64,000 bases of DNA. It comes from Bugula neritina (lineage: Eukaryota > Animalia > Bryozoa). The notes beneath the pieces are model-generated. The model was not told where the DNA came from, searched no databases, and was given only the letters and a program-made list of their open reading frames with translations. This document shows, one piece after another, positions 40,682 to 54,362 of the stretch. The number at the start of each line of letters is the position of its first letter. The stretch's first letter is position 1. The stretch spans positions 23,249,504 to 23,313,503 of the forward strand of contig OZ037765.1 in assembly GCA_964035545.1 (NCBI GenBank), given 5' to 3'. The translations under genes were made by a program, and so were the position numbers.

Positions 40682-42248
40682 TTAGAAACTTGCTCGGAAT
40701 TTCATTTCAGTTTTCTTCAAAGGATGTATTTCTTTACAACTTTTCCAAACAACTTCATCATCATGTTCATTCTGACCATTATAGTAGTACTTGCAATTCA
40801 GATTAGAAACCATGCAATTGCAGTACCACCAGGCGCCGTAATGGTTAATTGCACAGTGAGCTGAGTTAGGATCATAGTACTCACGATCCCTTGTTGAAAA
40901 TCTTCTTCCATTGTGGTTGGTATAAAAGAGTCTCCTTCAAAATTTAATGCTTTTTATTATTAGGTAACTCTTATTATGAAAATGTATTTAAAAGATCTAC
41001 AGACAAAAGGAACAAATTAAACTGTAAGTTTAGTCATGTAATGAAAAAAGCTTATATGATACAAACTTCAACATGGCTTATATATTATAATAAACTATCA
41101 GGAGCAAATTATACACATTTCATCACGAATTCTATAAAATGATTGCTTTTATAGCAAAGTAAAAGTTGAGGCAGAACTGATATCCTAAATTTAAACATAA
41201 TTGACATACAAATTTCGTATCACTAGAAATTACGATTCTTTTTAAATTATTGGCTCTAAAATATATTTTATTTTAACTCTGCCAAACCACAATGCCTAAT
41301 TGCATCAAGAGTCATTAGTATTTAAAATCACAAAGTGCGTTGCTGCCTTTCACTGCTTGCATTATTTTGCTGCAGATATTCAACAACTTTTTAATATACA
41401 ATCGCATGCATTATAGGTGATGTGGTGATATTTATTTATAGTTTGCTTCCAGACAAAACTCACCTGCTAGCCCAGTATAGCCAGACACCTATAGTTTATA
41501 TTTAATGAACTCATTACCAACATTGAAGCTGCTATATTTAGCATAAGCTTGTTCATTAGTAGTGCTTTCAAGGTCAAACCTCAACTCATTGTTGGTATTG
41601 GCTTGCAGAGCAGCTACCAGATTGTCATTTCCAAGCCAGAACTCTCCATTCAAATTACCAAATCCTAGTCTGTAGTTGTACCAGTTTCTGTAGAAATCAA
41701 CTGAACCATCCATTCTTCTTTGGAATACCTACCACATGCATTGGAAGTAGTTTTGGCAGATAACAGCTATAAAAGTTATTAGGCAAAATAATGTAAACCA
41801 TTTTCCTTATATTGTCATTGTAACGTTCAGTTTACCCAGTCGCCTCTGTGGTGTAATAGCGCACCTATATATGCATGCAAGCCAGAGGTCTCCGGTTCAA
41901 ATCCCAGTGAGGGCAAATTTATTTTACAGTTGTTCTTAGGTTTAATATGTTTGGTGGAAACAAATATATAAAGATATGGTTTCAGTATATCAAAGATAAA
42001 AATATAAATATAGGCAATGAAAGACAGTGCTTGCTTCAATCCAACATATTATATATATATATATATTGCTCTAATAAACACTAATACATAGAAGTTATTT
42101 ACAATTAGTAGAATAATACTCACAGTCTAACCACTTCCATCAGTTTCCTGGTCACAGAACACATCAATTGAAGAGTCAGCATGTCCTGTAGGGTAGATTG
42201 TGTAAACACCAGTCTCATTATGACCAAGACACAGTAAGTCTAAGCATG
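40682..42248 (-). pseudogene. FReD pseudogene, 5'-truncated at a Penelope element. Exons 42248-42124, 41728-41464, 40934-40682
   Basis: FReD motifs with stops (GSG*T, YKL*VSG) and a frameshift at the start of the last exon. Ends HPLKKTEMKFRASF-stop. Confidence 0.88.
41843..42066 (+). mobile_element. tRNA-derived SINE-like insertion in the FReD pseudogene intron
   Basis: A-box (gtggtgtaatag) and B-box (ggttcaaatccc) in a tRNA-length head with an imperfect cloverleaf, then an AT-rich body and (TA)n tail. Confidence 0.55.
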
Positions 42249-43000
42249 CACCACTTCGCCCATCTTCACAGTAACAATGAATGATGAAAATTCAAAAGTT
42301 AGACATTATGTTAAACACTATGCATGACACAAAGTATAGAGAGTGGCAGTTATTTCAAATTATTTATAATGAGGGAGATAATCTTGTTTTTTATATTACA
42401 TGAATCGAAAATTATACTGATTTCTTTGCATAAAAATAAATTAGAAATACTAAATACACCAAAATTTTCAACATGTTCCGCAGATCCAACAAAAACTATT
42501 GAAAATCGAATACAATTAGAAAAACATTTTTCTGACACTGACTATAAAAGGATATATCCAACAGGTTTAGCACCTGGTAAATTTCATGGGATGGCTAAAA
42601 TACACAAATTGAAACAAAGAGATGGTATAGAGAAGCTACAAATGAGACCAATAACTTCTAACATATGTAGGCACTGCATCATACCAACTTGCGAAATGCG
42701 TGGCCAAATACTAAAACCACTTAGTGAGTCTGAATGTAATATCGAATCAACTGATAGTTTTCTTACATATATACGACAACTTCCTATTCCAGCAAACCAT
42801 CAACTGATATCATTTGATGTCTTCTGTACCACTTGACTACACGATTTCAGCAATCATAAATGATATTTAGGAGAAACAACGAATTCAAACAACTACGCCA
42901 AAGAAGAAAATGATAAACTTACTCAACATTTGTACAAAACAAATTCACTTTACTTTCAACGACATCATTTATACACAGACGGATGGTGTTGCTATGGAGT
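42249..43000 (+). mobile_element. Penelope-like element, inverted pLTR plus N-terminal RT relic
   Basis: 42249-42447 matches the pLTR in reverse. Then DPTKTIE, GKFHGMAKIHK, MRPITSNI, LISFDV and HFTFNDIIYTQTDGVAM follow, with frameshifts. Confidence 0.85.
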
Positions 43001-43165
43001 CTTTACATTACATTACATCTTAACATTTTATCTAAAGATTGTGTACATTCAATGCACACGAAACTAGTAGTAATAAAGTGTTTTAAATTAAATTTTATCG
43101 TTCATTACTTTTATTTACTCTGCTCTGCACTGCATTGAGCTCTCTTTAGTGGTAAACTATACACC

Positions 43166-43239
<74 letters not shown>

Positions 43240-43242
<3 letters not shown>

Positions 43243-44119
43243 AATATATCTTTACCAGCTAGCAATTTAATTATAAATAAATATAGGCCTACGAGAAACA
43301 TTGTTGGTTTATTACTTTATTAGACAAAGTAATTATACTGATATTTCGGGCACCACTGTGCCCAACTTCAGAGTAGCAACAAATTATCGAAATTCAAAAA
43401 TTATTACGTTACGTTAAACACTATGCATGACACAAAGAATAGAGAGTGACAGTTATTGTAAATTATTGAAACTGAGAGAGATAATCTTATTTTGTATATT
43501 ACGCAAGTCAAAAATTATACTGATTTTTTTGCATAAAAATAAATTAGAGTTGACAAAAAATAGATATCCAAATATTAAAACAGCTTGGATTAGTGAAACT
43601 ATGTGAGAGTTGAGTAGCGTGGAGCTTATTGGTATAGTTTTAATGGTATGGAGTAATTTTGTTTATTAAGTTGCGGTTTTATTTGTTTAATGTAGAGAGC
43701 TTCAGCTACTTTTCGATGGTGGATTCTTTTAAATGACTGGTTTAGAACTGTTACATTGTTTATTGATATGTTTCCGTGGTTAGTGGTGGAGATATGTTGA
43801 TAAATTTGGAATTGATGTCATGGCAATGTTCATGTATCCTGTGTGATAGGCAGCGCCTGGTTTCACCTACGTATGTTTGTTGACATGAAGCTTCAGGGCA
43901 GGTTATTTTGTAAACTAGGTTGTGTATGTGTTCTTTATTGATTTTATCTTTGAGATTAAAATGTGAACTTAATGGGGTTTCTTTAAATAAAATTCCAGTT
44001 TGTGTGTAAATTTCATGTTAGGATGAAAATTACTAAGTGTGTTGAGTGTTGTGTTAATATAACCAGGGTCTATTGTTGCGAATGTATCATCTATGTATCT
44101 TACCCAAGGTGACGTTGAA
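43240..44119 (-). mobile_element. Penelope-like element, C-terminal RT plus GIY-YIG plus pLTR
   Basis: Minus strand reads WVRYIDDTF...NFHPNMKFT, (deletion), NLVYKITCP...TYVGETRR...EALYIKQIKPQLN. The pLTR is the same family as 30503-31427 and ends at (TA)n. Confidence 0.88.
43332..43379 (-). ncRNA. Hammerhead copy with covariant stem II (GGGCAC/GUGCCC) and A9U core change
   Basis: Reverse complement reads ttgctact-ctgaagt-tgggcac-agtg-gtgccc-gaaa-tatc-agtataat. Confidence 0.7.
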
Positions 44120-44642
44120 TATGGAGTGCCAAATGGTCAAAAATTCCCTTATTATTGCATCTCATATGCTTATAATAAAGTATCTAACCATTATTCTCTC
44201 TCATATGCTCAAAAAACACTCTCATTGGTCTATAATTTGCTCTCATACCCTTATTATTTGTGCTCTTAGGTCTATTATTTGGTCTCATACCCTTATTGCT
44301 CTTTCTTTTATGCTCATTATTCAGTCCCATACTTCCATTATGCACTCTCATACCCCTATTATTTGCTCTGTTATAGACATTATTCATTCTCTTATGCTTA
44401 TTATTTTCTCTCATACCCCTATTACTGTCTTGCTTTTGCGCCTGATTTTGACTCACTAGTATTTGTGTACACGTCACAATAGTTGAGTATATGCCAGTCT
44501 ATTCGGGTCACACTACTAAGCTCCACCCCATATATCAAATCTGATTGGATAACTGAAATGACACCAAGAGTAATAATAAATGCTGGGTGGGTGCCTAGGT
44601 TTAGTTAGCCATTCTTCATTCATAAGTATCAGTCTAGGAGTG
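44120..44642. repeat. Left arm of ~520-bp inverted duplication (partner 47767-48267)
   Basis: Near-identical reverse complement with small indels. Contains a degenerate ~21-bp tandem array (44150-44430). Confidence 0.9.
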
Positions 44643-45448
44643 CACAACTCATACCAGCTAGATTCTTATCTCGATATTAACTTATAAGCTAAATCACCCC
44701 TGGCAATTTTACAAATCGGCTGGGCTAGCGAGTTCCTATAATAACTATTCAAACAGAATAGTGTTTGCTTTAAACTTCTAGTTTGAGATAGAGTTGCTCA
44801 AATTTTTATAAGTGACGTTCAAAATGCAGCTTAGCAGTTTACAGATAATTGTAGGTAAAAAATCTTATAGCTAAAAAGCTAAATATTTGCTTGTTCATTC
44901 AATACCAAAATACTAAAATCAGCAGTTGGTTATTTTCACTAGCTTCAAATGCAACAAACCATTATTAAATTATGAGCTGCCAGTCGATTTTATCAGGTTC
45001 ATAAGTGTAACTGCCCGCCTAGATTGACATGAAGTTTCATACAGGTGTATTTTTTAGTGTAGTTTATTTTCCACCAAAGTTGTTCACACCATTTACACCC
45101 TAAAACTCTTTCACCCTTTCTAGGAGAGAGTTAATATAAGTAATTAGAAATATTTTACACCATGGGGTTGTGAGAATAGCTAATATATGAAAGTAAAATA
45201 TGTGAATATCTGAATAGAACCCTGCCACCTGAGGGTTCTTACTGTTGTGTCCTGGCTAAATGTGTATATTTGTTTTACTCATTATGCGAAAAGTTAATGC
45301 ATTTATTTTCTTGGTCATCATTTTGAGTGCAATATCAGAATGTGCTTGATTGTAAAGCAGTCAGCTAGTTGTTATAGTGAGTGCAGTCACTGCAGCTGAA
45401 TAAAACATTTTGCTCGTTCACATATTTGCAATCCACCTTGTTAAACTA

Positions 45449-45576
45449 AGCCTAGGGCCACACGGTGCGTATTTTCTCGTGCGAAAATTAAAACCACAAG
45501 TAGCAAAGGCGTCCACTGTTGCTACTTGTGATTTCAATTTTCGCACGAGAAAATACGCACAGTGTGGCCCTAGGCT
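45449..45576. mobile_element. Palindromic MITE
   Basis: AGCCTAGGGCCACAC...GTGTGGCCCTAGGCT with ~60-bp arms, flanked by TA. Confidence 0.8.
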
Positions 45577-47766
45577 TACTAGAGTAGTCATGAGAATAAA
45601 AATCAGTAACATTTTATTGTGAAAAGTGACAAAACAAGTGCTGAAAATACAAGAAAAATTGGTGACTCATCGCTGTTGAAATATGTGACAACACAAAGGC
45701 AGCAGTGGATTTATGCTTAGTGTGGCAATGTCTGTAAAATTTTATAATGGCTTTTGCAAATGATGATTGAGCTAAATGAAATATTATAACAGGTTGAATC
45801 GATTTGTGGTTACCCTTGTGGCTATCAATAAATTGGCAGCAAAGTGTCAGTAAGCTAACTAACGGAACTAAATTTATGAAATTTTATTATTACTATCAAG
45901 GACGCGACAATAAGTACAGCACAGCAGCCAAAAACTGTTTAAGTAGCAAGTAGCAACAGTTTTATGATTCCAGTCTGCATTCTTAGATTATAAATAGTTG
46001 CTATATAAAACATACTTATATGAAATGGTTGACTAGCTGAATTTGTGGTCCCCTGTCACTTTAAAGTGCCTTTAAAAATAAAAAATGCTGAGAAAATGTT
46101 ATTAAATAATCTAATAATGGCTGAAAGTCTTTGTAACGGGTAAGAAATACAACAAAATTATTGTCAAAAGCTAAAAGGAAATTTTATGATAAAATCCAAC
46201 AGCTCAAATGTTAGGTGACTTTAAAGTTGATCAAGTAATGTTTTTCTTTGCATTCTCAGCCAGTTTGGGTCACTTATTAAAAATTATTGTTTTTAGCTGG
46301 TCATTTTTTTCAAAAGTCATAAAATATTTTTGAAAATATCTAGCCAAGTACTTTCTACCTGCAGCGAATTCGGAGGTTGCCAGATTATAACTGCTCGTTG
46401 GGGTAAAACTGTGTATGCCCCAGTAAACCTATAATTATCCTAATGCTTGTGTACTGTTCTATTAATAGCTAGGTGCTTTTTCTTTATATTAAATATGATA
46501 ACCAGCTACTAATGCATGCCTTTCTACTAATAGCCATTGCATGCTATCTTACTGATTATGTAAAAATGAGTGTTACTCTGTGGTACTTCTGATTACATAA
46601 TTTAAATGAGGTGGGATTCCATTGCGAAATGTAGGTAACTTGTAGCCAACATAATCCTGCAACACTCTCTACGGTGCTTCTGGTGTGAGGCAGCTATAGA
46701 GAGTTGGTTATTGGGACACCATTGTGTAATGATTAATAGGAATTTGGGGTAAACTAACTTGAAAAAACCTGATGCTGTAGCCACAAGCTCAAACTGAATT
46801 TTACCATTTGTGGCCTTCACATCAGAATATTCTACTTCTTTAGTCCTTGCTCTGAAAAGCTTGTACACTTCTGATTTAAGCCCTAAGATATTTTATTACT
46901 TTCCAAGACTGGCTTTGGCAAAAAATTGTTTAGCTTTACATAATGGCCCTCTAGATATACAAGTTAGTTAAAAGACAGTTGTCAAAAAACTGTTTTTGTT
47001 CAAGTATAGTAAGCTTAACCTAACCTTTAAAAGGATTCTACTACACATTTATAAATTACGCAAAACACTAAATTTTGACGTTGAATGTTGCAATTATTGT
47101 TTAATGGGGAAAAAATTATTCAGGGATTACCCTAGTTTTATCAGACTAACTACTACTACTTTGGTTTTCTATTTTATTTATTGTCATCATTAACTGTAGC
47201 TTACGTATTTAAAATTACTGATAATTTCTGGAATTGTTTCTCCTGTGATTATCTTGTAAGTTTCAAGTGACACAAACCAAGCCATATTGTTTTGCTCATA
47301 TAACCAAGTTCTATAAGTTCTATATAGCTAGTTCTATAAGTATGAATTATTCATTTTATTAACTTCCAGAAATATTTTTTGTTAAATCTATACAAGGTTG
47401 AGATTAAGATAAGAATCTTATAGCTGCCACAACATGAAGTAGGTGCAGTGTAGGAGATATTGGAAACCACATGTAAGAAGTTACTATACAACATACAACT
47501 ATACAACCATCAAAATCTACCAATTCTACAAAGTATTAGGAAATACTAACAGCTCTGTCTAATACTGTCAACAAATACAAAACACTAGCCAGTCCTTGTC
47601 TAACAGCTGTATCCTTAGCTTTCTACATTTCTAAATATGTTGGTAGTCAGTAGGGCTCATCTAGCAAAAGCTAAGAGCTTCTTAACAAAATGTTATTTTT
47701 GAGGAATTTTTTGTAAAAACCTCCATTTCTGCACCTAACAGCACAACATTCCAGTAAAACTTGTTT

Positions 47767-48267
47767 CACTCCTAGACTGATACTTATGAACTATTACTCT
47801 TGGTGTCATTGCAGTTATCCAATCAGATTTGATAAATGGGGTGGAGCTTAGTAGTGTGACCCGAATAGACTGGCATATACTCAACTATTGTGACGTGTAC
47901 ACAAATACTAGTGAGTCAAAATCAGGCGCAAAAGCAAGACAGTAATAGGGGTATGAGAGAAAATAATAAGCATAAGAGAATGAATAATGTCTATAACAGA
48001 GCAAATAATAGGGATATGAGAGTGCATAATGGAAGTATGGGACTGAATAATGAGCATAAAAGAAAGGGAAATAAGGGTATGGGAATGAATAATGACAGTA
48101 TGAGACCAAATAATAGACCTAAGAGCACAAATAATAAGGGTATGAGGGCAAATTATAGACCAATGAGAGTGTTTTTTGAGCATATGAGAGAGAATAATGG
48201 TTAGATACTTTATTATAAGCATATGAGATGCAATAATAAGCAATTTTTGACCATTTGGCACTCCATA
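47767..48267. repeat. Right arm of the inverted duplication
   Basis: See 44120-44642. ORF pairs such as 44184-44477(-) and 47890-48204(+) are mirror images. Confidence 0.9.
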
Positions 48268-48420
48268 GTTGAATTCAATTTTGGTATTACTTTTTGTTCC
48301 AGTTTTGTCATGAATATATTGGCAATTACATCTTAACATTTTATCTGAAGATTGTGTACATTCAATGCACATGAAACTAGTAGTAATAAAGTGTTTTAAA
48401 TTAAATTTTATCGTTCATTA

Positions 48421-48589
<169 letters not shown>

Positions 48590-48747
48590 ATTAGCTGTTG
48601 AGTTTCACAGTATGACAAGTATGACGAGAACAAAAATTTGGTGTTTATATTTTGCAGAAAACTTGATTTATTGCTGGGAAAACATAATAATAAGTGTTGC
48701 GCGTACTAAAATAAATGGTTTCCATTTATAGAAAAACTCATTCATTT

Positions 48748-51057
48748 TTACAAGCTCTCTCGGAATTTCATTTCTGTTGCCTTCAGAGGGTGATGATCTT
48801 TAAAGGCGTACCAAACCACACCTTCGAAATAGCTGTTCTGATAATCAGTTAAGTACTTGCCATTCAAATTACATTCTTGGCAACCCTTATACCACCAAGC
48901 ACCATGACGCATAACTGCACAGTGATCTTTGTAACTATCATTATCTTGGTCTCTTGTTGAAAATTTTTGCCCGTTGTGTATTGCAAGGCTGTTTCCTAAA
49001 AAATCAATCATCATAAGAAATACTTTTAGGGTATGCAGACGTACAGTATTAGTTCAAGCTATCATAAGCCATGCAATTATGTTGAAGATTGTAATACAAA
49101 CTGGTCAGTATAGTTGAAACATGAACGCTGCATCTCTACATAATAACTTATCAGCAATGCATTATAAGCAATAAATTTTGTAGAATAATTGGCTTTATAG
49201 TAAACTATGAAGACAATAATGCAGTACTGACATGCTGCTTTTAAATAGCTTTTATATGCTGCTTTATTATCGTGGCCTATAAAATCTACTTTAATTGTAT
49301 TTTGATAATTCCTAACCAAAAGTGTACAATTGGAAGTTAAATTAAAAGGCATCAGCATTTACCAGAACAGTATAAAAGATGTAATAGTTGGTCATCTTGA
49401 AGATATTCAGCAACCTTTTGGCATGCATTAGCATCAGGTGAAGTAGCAATATTTATTTGTAGTTTACGTTCAATAGAGACCCACCTGCTGTCCCAGTATA
49501 GCCAGACACTGAAAGTTTATATTTAGTGGATGAGTCACCAACATTGAAGCTGCTATATTTAGCATAGGCTGTTTCATCAGTGAAACTTTCTAGGTCAACC
49601 CTCAACACATGATTGTCACTGGCTTGTAGAGCGGCTGCCAGATTATCATTTCCAAGCCAGAACTCTTCACTCAGATTACCAAATCCTACTTTGTAGTCAT
49701 TCCACACTTTGTAGAAATCAACCGAACCATCCATTCTTCTTTGGAACACCTACAACATTCAAATACCTATCATACATTCAAAATGAGAATTACAGTATGG
49801 CAGCTATAAACAGCTGTACAAACTAATTGAGCAAATTAAAGTAAACAATTTCAGTTATGCTGCGGCATTTACAAAATAAGTTTCTGTGCAAAACATTCGG
49901 TGAAAAGTTGCTTCAATAGGTTTAATATAAAGATATACATAAATGAACAATCAAAATTGCAATCGAAAATGGTTCATGTTGCTATCTAGAATATATACTT
50001 GTTATGATCGAACCAGTCTATTACATGAAAGTTAATTACAACTAATAAAATAATACTCACAGTCCATCCACCTCCATCAGTTTCCTGGTCACAGAAGACA
50101 TCAATTGAAGAGTCAGCATGTCCTGTAGGGTAGATCGTGTAAACACCAGTCTCATTATGACCAAGACACAGCAAATCTAAGCATGATGTAGGTTTACAGA
50201 CAGTTTTCGTCTTCAGTCTTTCTTCACAATACTCTTCAACATCGCATTCCAACTGTAAATGCAATGTGCAACAAAATTACATTAAGTATAGCAGAAGTGA
50301 TAGTTATCAAAACATTTGTATATTTAATCTTTTTAATGCCGTTGAAAATAAATGTTATATATTGTTACCTTCATATCAATATATTATATACAAGCATGTT
50401 TATGGCAAGTAATGAAGCCAGAGCCATAATATAATAACAAGCACACGCATGAGCACTTTATAATTGCAGGGTATATGTAATTTTCTCTAACAGTATTTAT
50501 TACATGTATATTAATTTGTTGCACAATTATATTTACATCATAGAACATTACAATGCAATATATACTTGTTTTATTTGAAGCTTAAATATCAAACAAATAA
50601 TATTATAAAGTTATTTCTTTACGGTATTAAATAAAAAATTGAAGCTTTAATAAGTTTGCATTCATTATTATTTTTAATTTAGTTTACTGCAGAGATCTAA
50701 ATCATTTTTTTTAAGTAGTGAACATTCTTTCATATTCATTATTTGTCAAAAGAAACTTATTGATTTTTCACTATATTATATGAGTTAATAAAAATAATTG
50801 TTTACAAAGTATAGAGCATACGGCAATGAGTTTCTACCAATCTTGATCAAACCTTTTGAATTTCAATATCTCACATTGTATTTGCGCTGGAGACTTCAAA
50901 TAACGTACACAATGTTTGTACAGATCCCCTACATAAAATGGTAAGTTAACAGTAAACTACTAAGTATACTGTAGATGAATTTTTAGAATAACTCTATAAT
51001 ACTTACTGCTCGAAGGGAAGCTGCTAACAAGAGTGTAAATAAAATATACACTTGCAT
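48748..51057 (-). CDS. Intact secreted fibrinogen-related domain protein (~251 aa). Exons 51057-51007, 50252-50061, 49749-49485, 48995-48748
   Basis: Signal peptide MQVYILFTLLLAASLRA. Phase-compatible GT-AG exons (51+192+265+248 nt) with no stops. Motifs [42 protein letters not shown]...CNLNG, TEMKFR. Confidence 0.85.
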
Positions 51058-51146
51058 GTTTCCAGTGATTTCTATGCAGTAAACTACAAGAATATATAGT
51101 TCTACAACACAGACTCAAGTGTATAGAATACAGGAAACTCTTTGGT

Positions 51147-51170
51147 TTTTATACTTTCTGCCAGCCAATC
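51147..51170 (-). promoter_or_regulatory. CCAAT plus TATA of the intact FReD gene
   Basis: Minus strand gATTGGctggcagaaagTATAAAA, about 90 bp upstream of the ATG. Confidence 0.65.
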
Positions 51171-53884
51171 AAATTCAAATGAGTCTGTCATTTATAAACA
51201 CAGATGAAGATATTTTCTTGAAAGTAAATTATTATATTTGGTGTCGATCTGCATTATCTATTATGTTGTCATTGTCAGAAAATAATAAATTATGTAGGAT
51301 ATAAGCTGAGGGGATAAAAATCAGCCATCAAGTCAAAGTGTGAAATTCTCAATATATTTCCATAAATGAGGTTTATTGAGATTCCTAATAATATTTATCA
51401 TAATAATTATACTATTGTAATAAAATACTTCTTCAGCATATAATATGTAACCACTCAATGATATATTATTGCTTATATTATTAATTCTAGAAATGCTCGT
51501 GCAATTATGCAAATCTAGATACCATCCACCTGTTGGAACAAACTCACTGATTTTAGTGTCACTTTTATTATGTTTGATTATAACATGATCTATTTTAAAA
51601 AAAGCACTGTGACATTATCAAATGAGATATACCTTTTATTCTCCCATTCTTACTATACAGCGAAAATGACATATATCAATTACAACACAAATTGTTGTAA
51701 TTTTTCGGTGACAAGTTATATATAATACACTGAGAAGATGTTATATAGCAGTATTATATAACATAATCTATACATAATATAATGTCATCATTATAATTAT
51801 ATTTTTATATTTTTTATCAACTTCACCTTTTTTATATATACTATATATATAATATATTAGACCGCATTATTTGATGTGATATTTTTATTAAGTACTATGT
51901 TGTTAAAATAATTGATGTTATAGGTGAGTTAATGTGTATAGTTTTCTTATTGTGAAGTATATTGTATTGTCAAAAATCAAAGCTAGTTCTTTATTTTATT
52001 GAATCAAATCAATCAATCAATCCAGCCAGCCGCCTGGATTGTTTTTATTTTGCTTTAAGATTTGTACTTTATTAAGCTCATGACTTTATGTAAATATATA
52101 ATGCATGTGTGCCAAGCATAACACATTTAAAAAATAAAGGGAAGCAAGGGTTATGATCGACTATAATTGAAGATGTTAAGTAAAATTTATTTATAAATGA
52201 ATATGACATTCATAAAGTTTTAAAACATGCTATATATAGGTGTTATAAGTTAAGCATAACAATATGCAAACCTGAAGTTTGCGCAACAAACAATAAATCA
52301 ATAAAAACATCGATGGGCTAATTACATAACATCAGTTTTGCCAATCAAATCATGATTGATTTTTATTTGAACTAAGATCTTCAGGCTGTATAATTGCTGT
52401 TACTTTATAGCTGACTTATAAATCACATATAAAATGGACTATAGTGAACACGCTGTCTTGTCCTGAATTTTGACACCACGTTTATAAAATATACTTTAGT
52501 TGTTTATCATATTCCAACAAGTTATTTAAAGGTCGTGTGTGCATCTAGATTATACATGTACCGCCATGTGTCAGTCTTATAAAATTGAGTTATTATTAAC
52601 TTGCCATCAAATATTGGTGTTTTGGACGTGATGTATGCTGTCAAGTATAATGTAATTATATGCTGGTATATATATATATATAACAAAAGAAGCACTCCAA
52701 ATAAAGCAATCAAAACAACAATCAAATAAAATGTCTATGAAAAGATTGTATATGAAAATCAAGTTAAACTTCTTTAATCAATTAAAGAGATTATAAAAAG
52801 CATAGAATTAGTAATGATTATCAGTTAGCATTTTTAGATGTTTGTTAGTTAATACATGTCGATCAATCATGAATCTCTCTCTTTCACGCTCTCTGACAGC
52901 AGCTGGTCACAGAAACTGTTATCAGGAAGGGGCACAATGTAATGAACTGTCGATTCCACTCTAAGATCAACTAGCAACTCTATTGAATTTGGAAAGAGGT
53001 AGAGGCTTCACCTGCTAAAAATTAATATAGGTGTTTTGGTTTGTATGTCTTTCAGCTATGCAGAGTTGTTGTCAGACAGTGTCATCCTGTACATGACTAG
53101 CTAGGCTATAATGCATTAAGCTTCATCATCTTCTTTCTAGTTATAATGGTTTTTTAAATACTATGTTGATGAAGTAAAACAAACAAAACAAACAACAAAG
53201 CTTGCAGCTGCAGGATTAATATACAAGTTATGCTTGTATGCTTGCAATTTACTACAAAAACTCATTTTCAATCATGGAAATAATCTAATTTACATGTTGC
53301 AGGAAAGGTTTTCTTTGCTGCCAAAATTGTGGCATATGCATTGCCTTTCCAGCTGTTTGGTTATATATGTCTAAGGGTAATGCCTAACCAGTATAAATAC
53401 TTGCTTAATGTGTTGTTGATTAGTTGAATTATATATACATCAGAGTGAATTTATCTTTAGACTATATAGTGACCAGTTTACAAATTACAAAAAAGCATGT
53501 GTCTATGGCAAGCAAGAAAGTCAAACCAAAAATATAATACCAATAATCACAGGTGCACACCTTCTAAACTCAGGGTAAATACAATGTCATCTAACAGTAA
53601 ATTTATAGTATGTCTTTTATGAACAATTGTTATATCAGCATTTTTGCACCATAAAAAATTACAATGGTGCAATCTTTGTTAAAGCTGCAATATATTATAT
53701 AAAAAATATAAAGTCATTGAATTAATAACTTGAATTGTTATAAATTTGTTAAAAAAAGTTTAGTATAAATCTTTGATACAATAAGTATATAACCATCTTG
53801 TTCAAAACAGCAGTATCGATGGGAGGAGGGGGAGAGGGGTGGGGTGAGCTAAATAAGCATCAATAAATTATATAAGATGAACAT

Positions 53885-54362
53885 GTTTGTTTTTTTGTTT
53901 GTTTGTTTGTTTGTTTATTTTATCAATATATACATAAAGTAAAAAGAATACAAGGGATCACCCAAAGGAGGTAATGATGAGGCCCAATGGTGCGCCATAG
54001 CAGAGGCTAGTGAAAGCGCAGGGCCTAAAATGATTAACAATTAGTCAGTTAAGTCAGTCAAGTTATGTTAATTAAGTTAAGTCGGTTAAGTAAGTCAGTA
54101 AAGTAAGTCAATTAAGTTAAGTCATAGCTCTCCGGCAAGAAGGCAAAACCTCACACCCGCCCTGAATGCACCGGGATTAGACTCATTTTTAAGCTCAGGT
54201 TTTAACCTGTTCCATAGCGCTGACACCCGATAACATGTACTTCTTTGACCTGCAGTGGTAGAGATAAAAGGAACGGGAAGATTTGATACTGAGAAGCGGG
54301 TACTGTAGGAGTGAACAATTAAACTTTTTTTAGTGTTAGAGTAGTAAAATTTACGGGCTTTT
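53885..54362 (-). mobile_element. 3' end of CR1/L2-type LINE (ORF2 C-terminus, 3'UTR, (AAAC)n tail)
   Basis: Continues the 62978-63611 frame across the LTR insertion: LQK|ARKFYY...HSYSTR...GQRSTCYRVSALWNRLKPELK. Ends aataaac(aaac)n. Confidence 0.85.

Noticed and set aside
41843-41917. Possible tRNA gene
   Set aside because: A/B boxes are present but the stems pair poorly; treated as a SINE head.
44150-44430. Repeat-with-variable-spacer pattern resembling a CRISPR array
   Set aside because: Degenerate tandem units without unique spacers, eukaryotic context and no cas genes.
50690-50928. Possible extra exon in intron 1 of the intact FReD gene
   Set aside because: Acceptor-like site but stops in the tested frames, no counterpart seen in the paralog intron, and exons 1 and 2 already join in phase.
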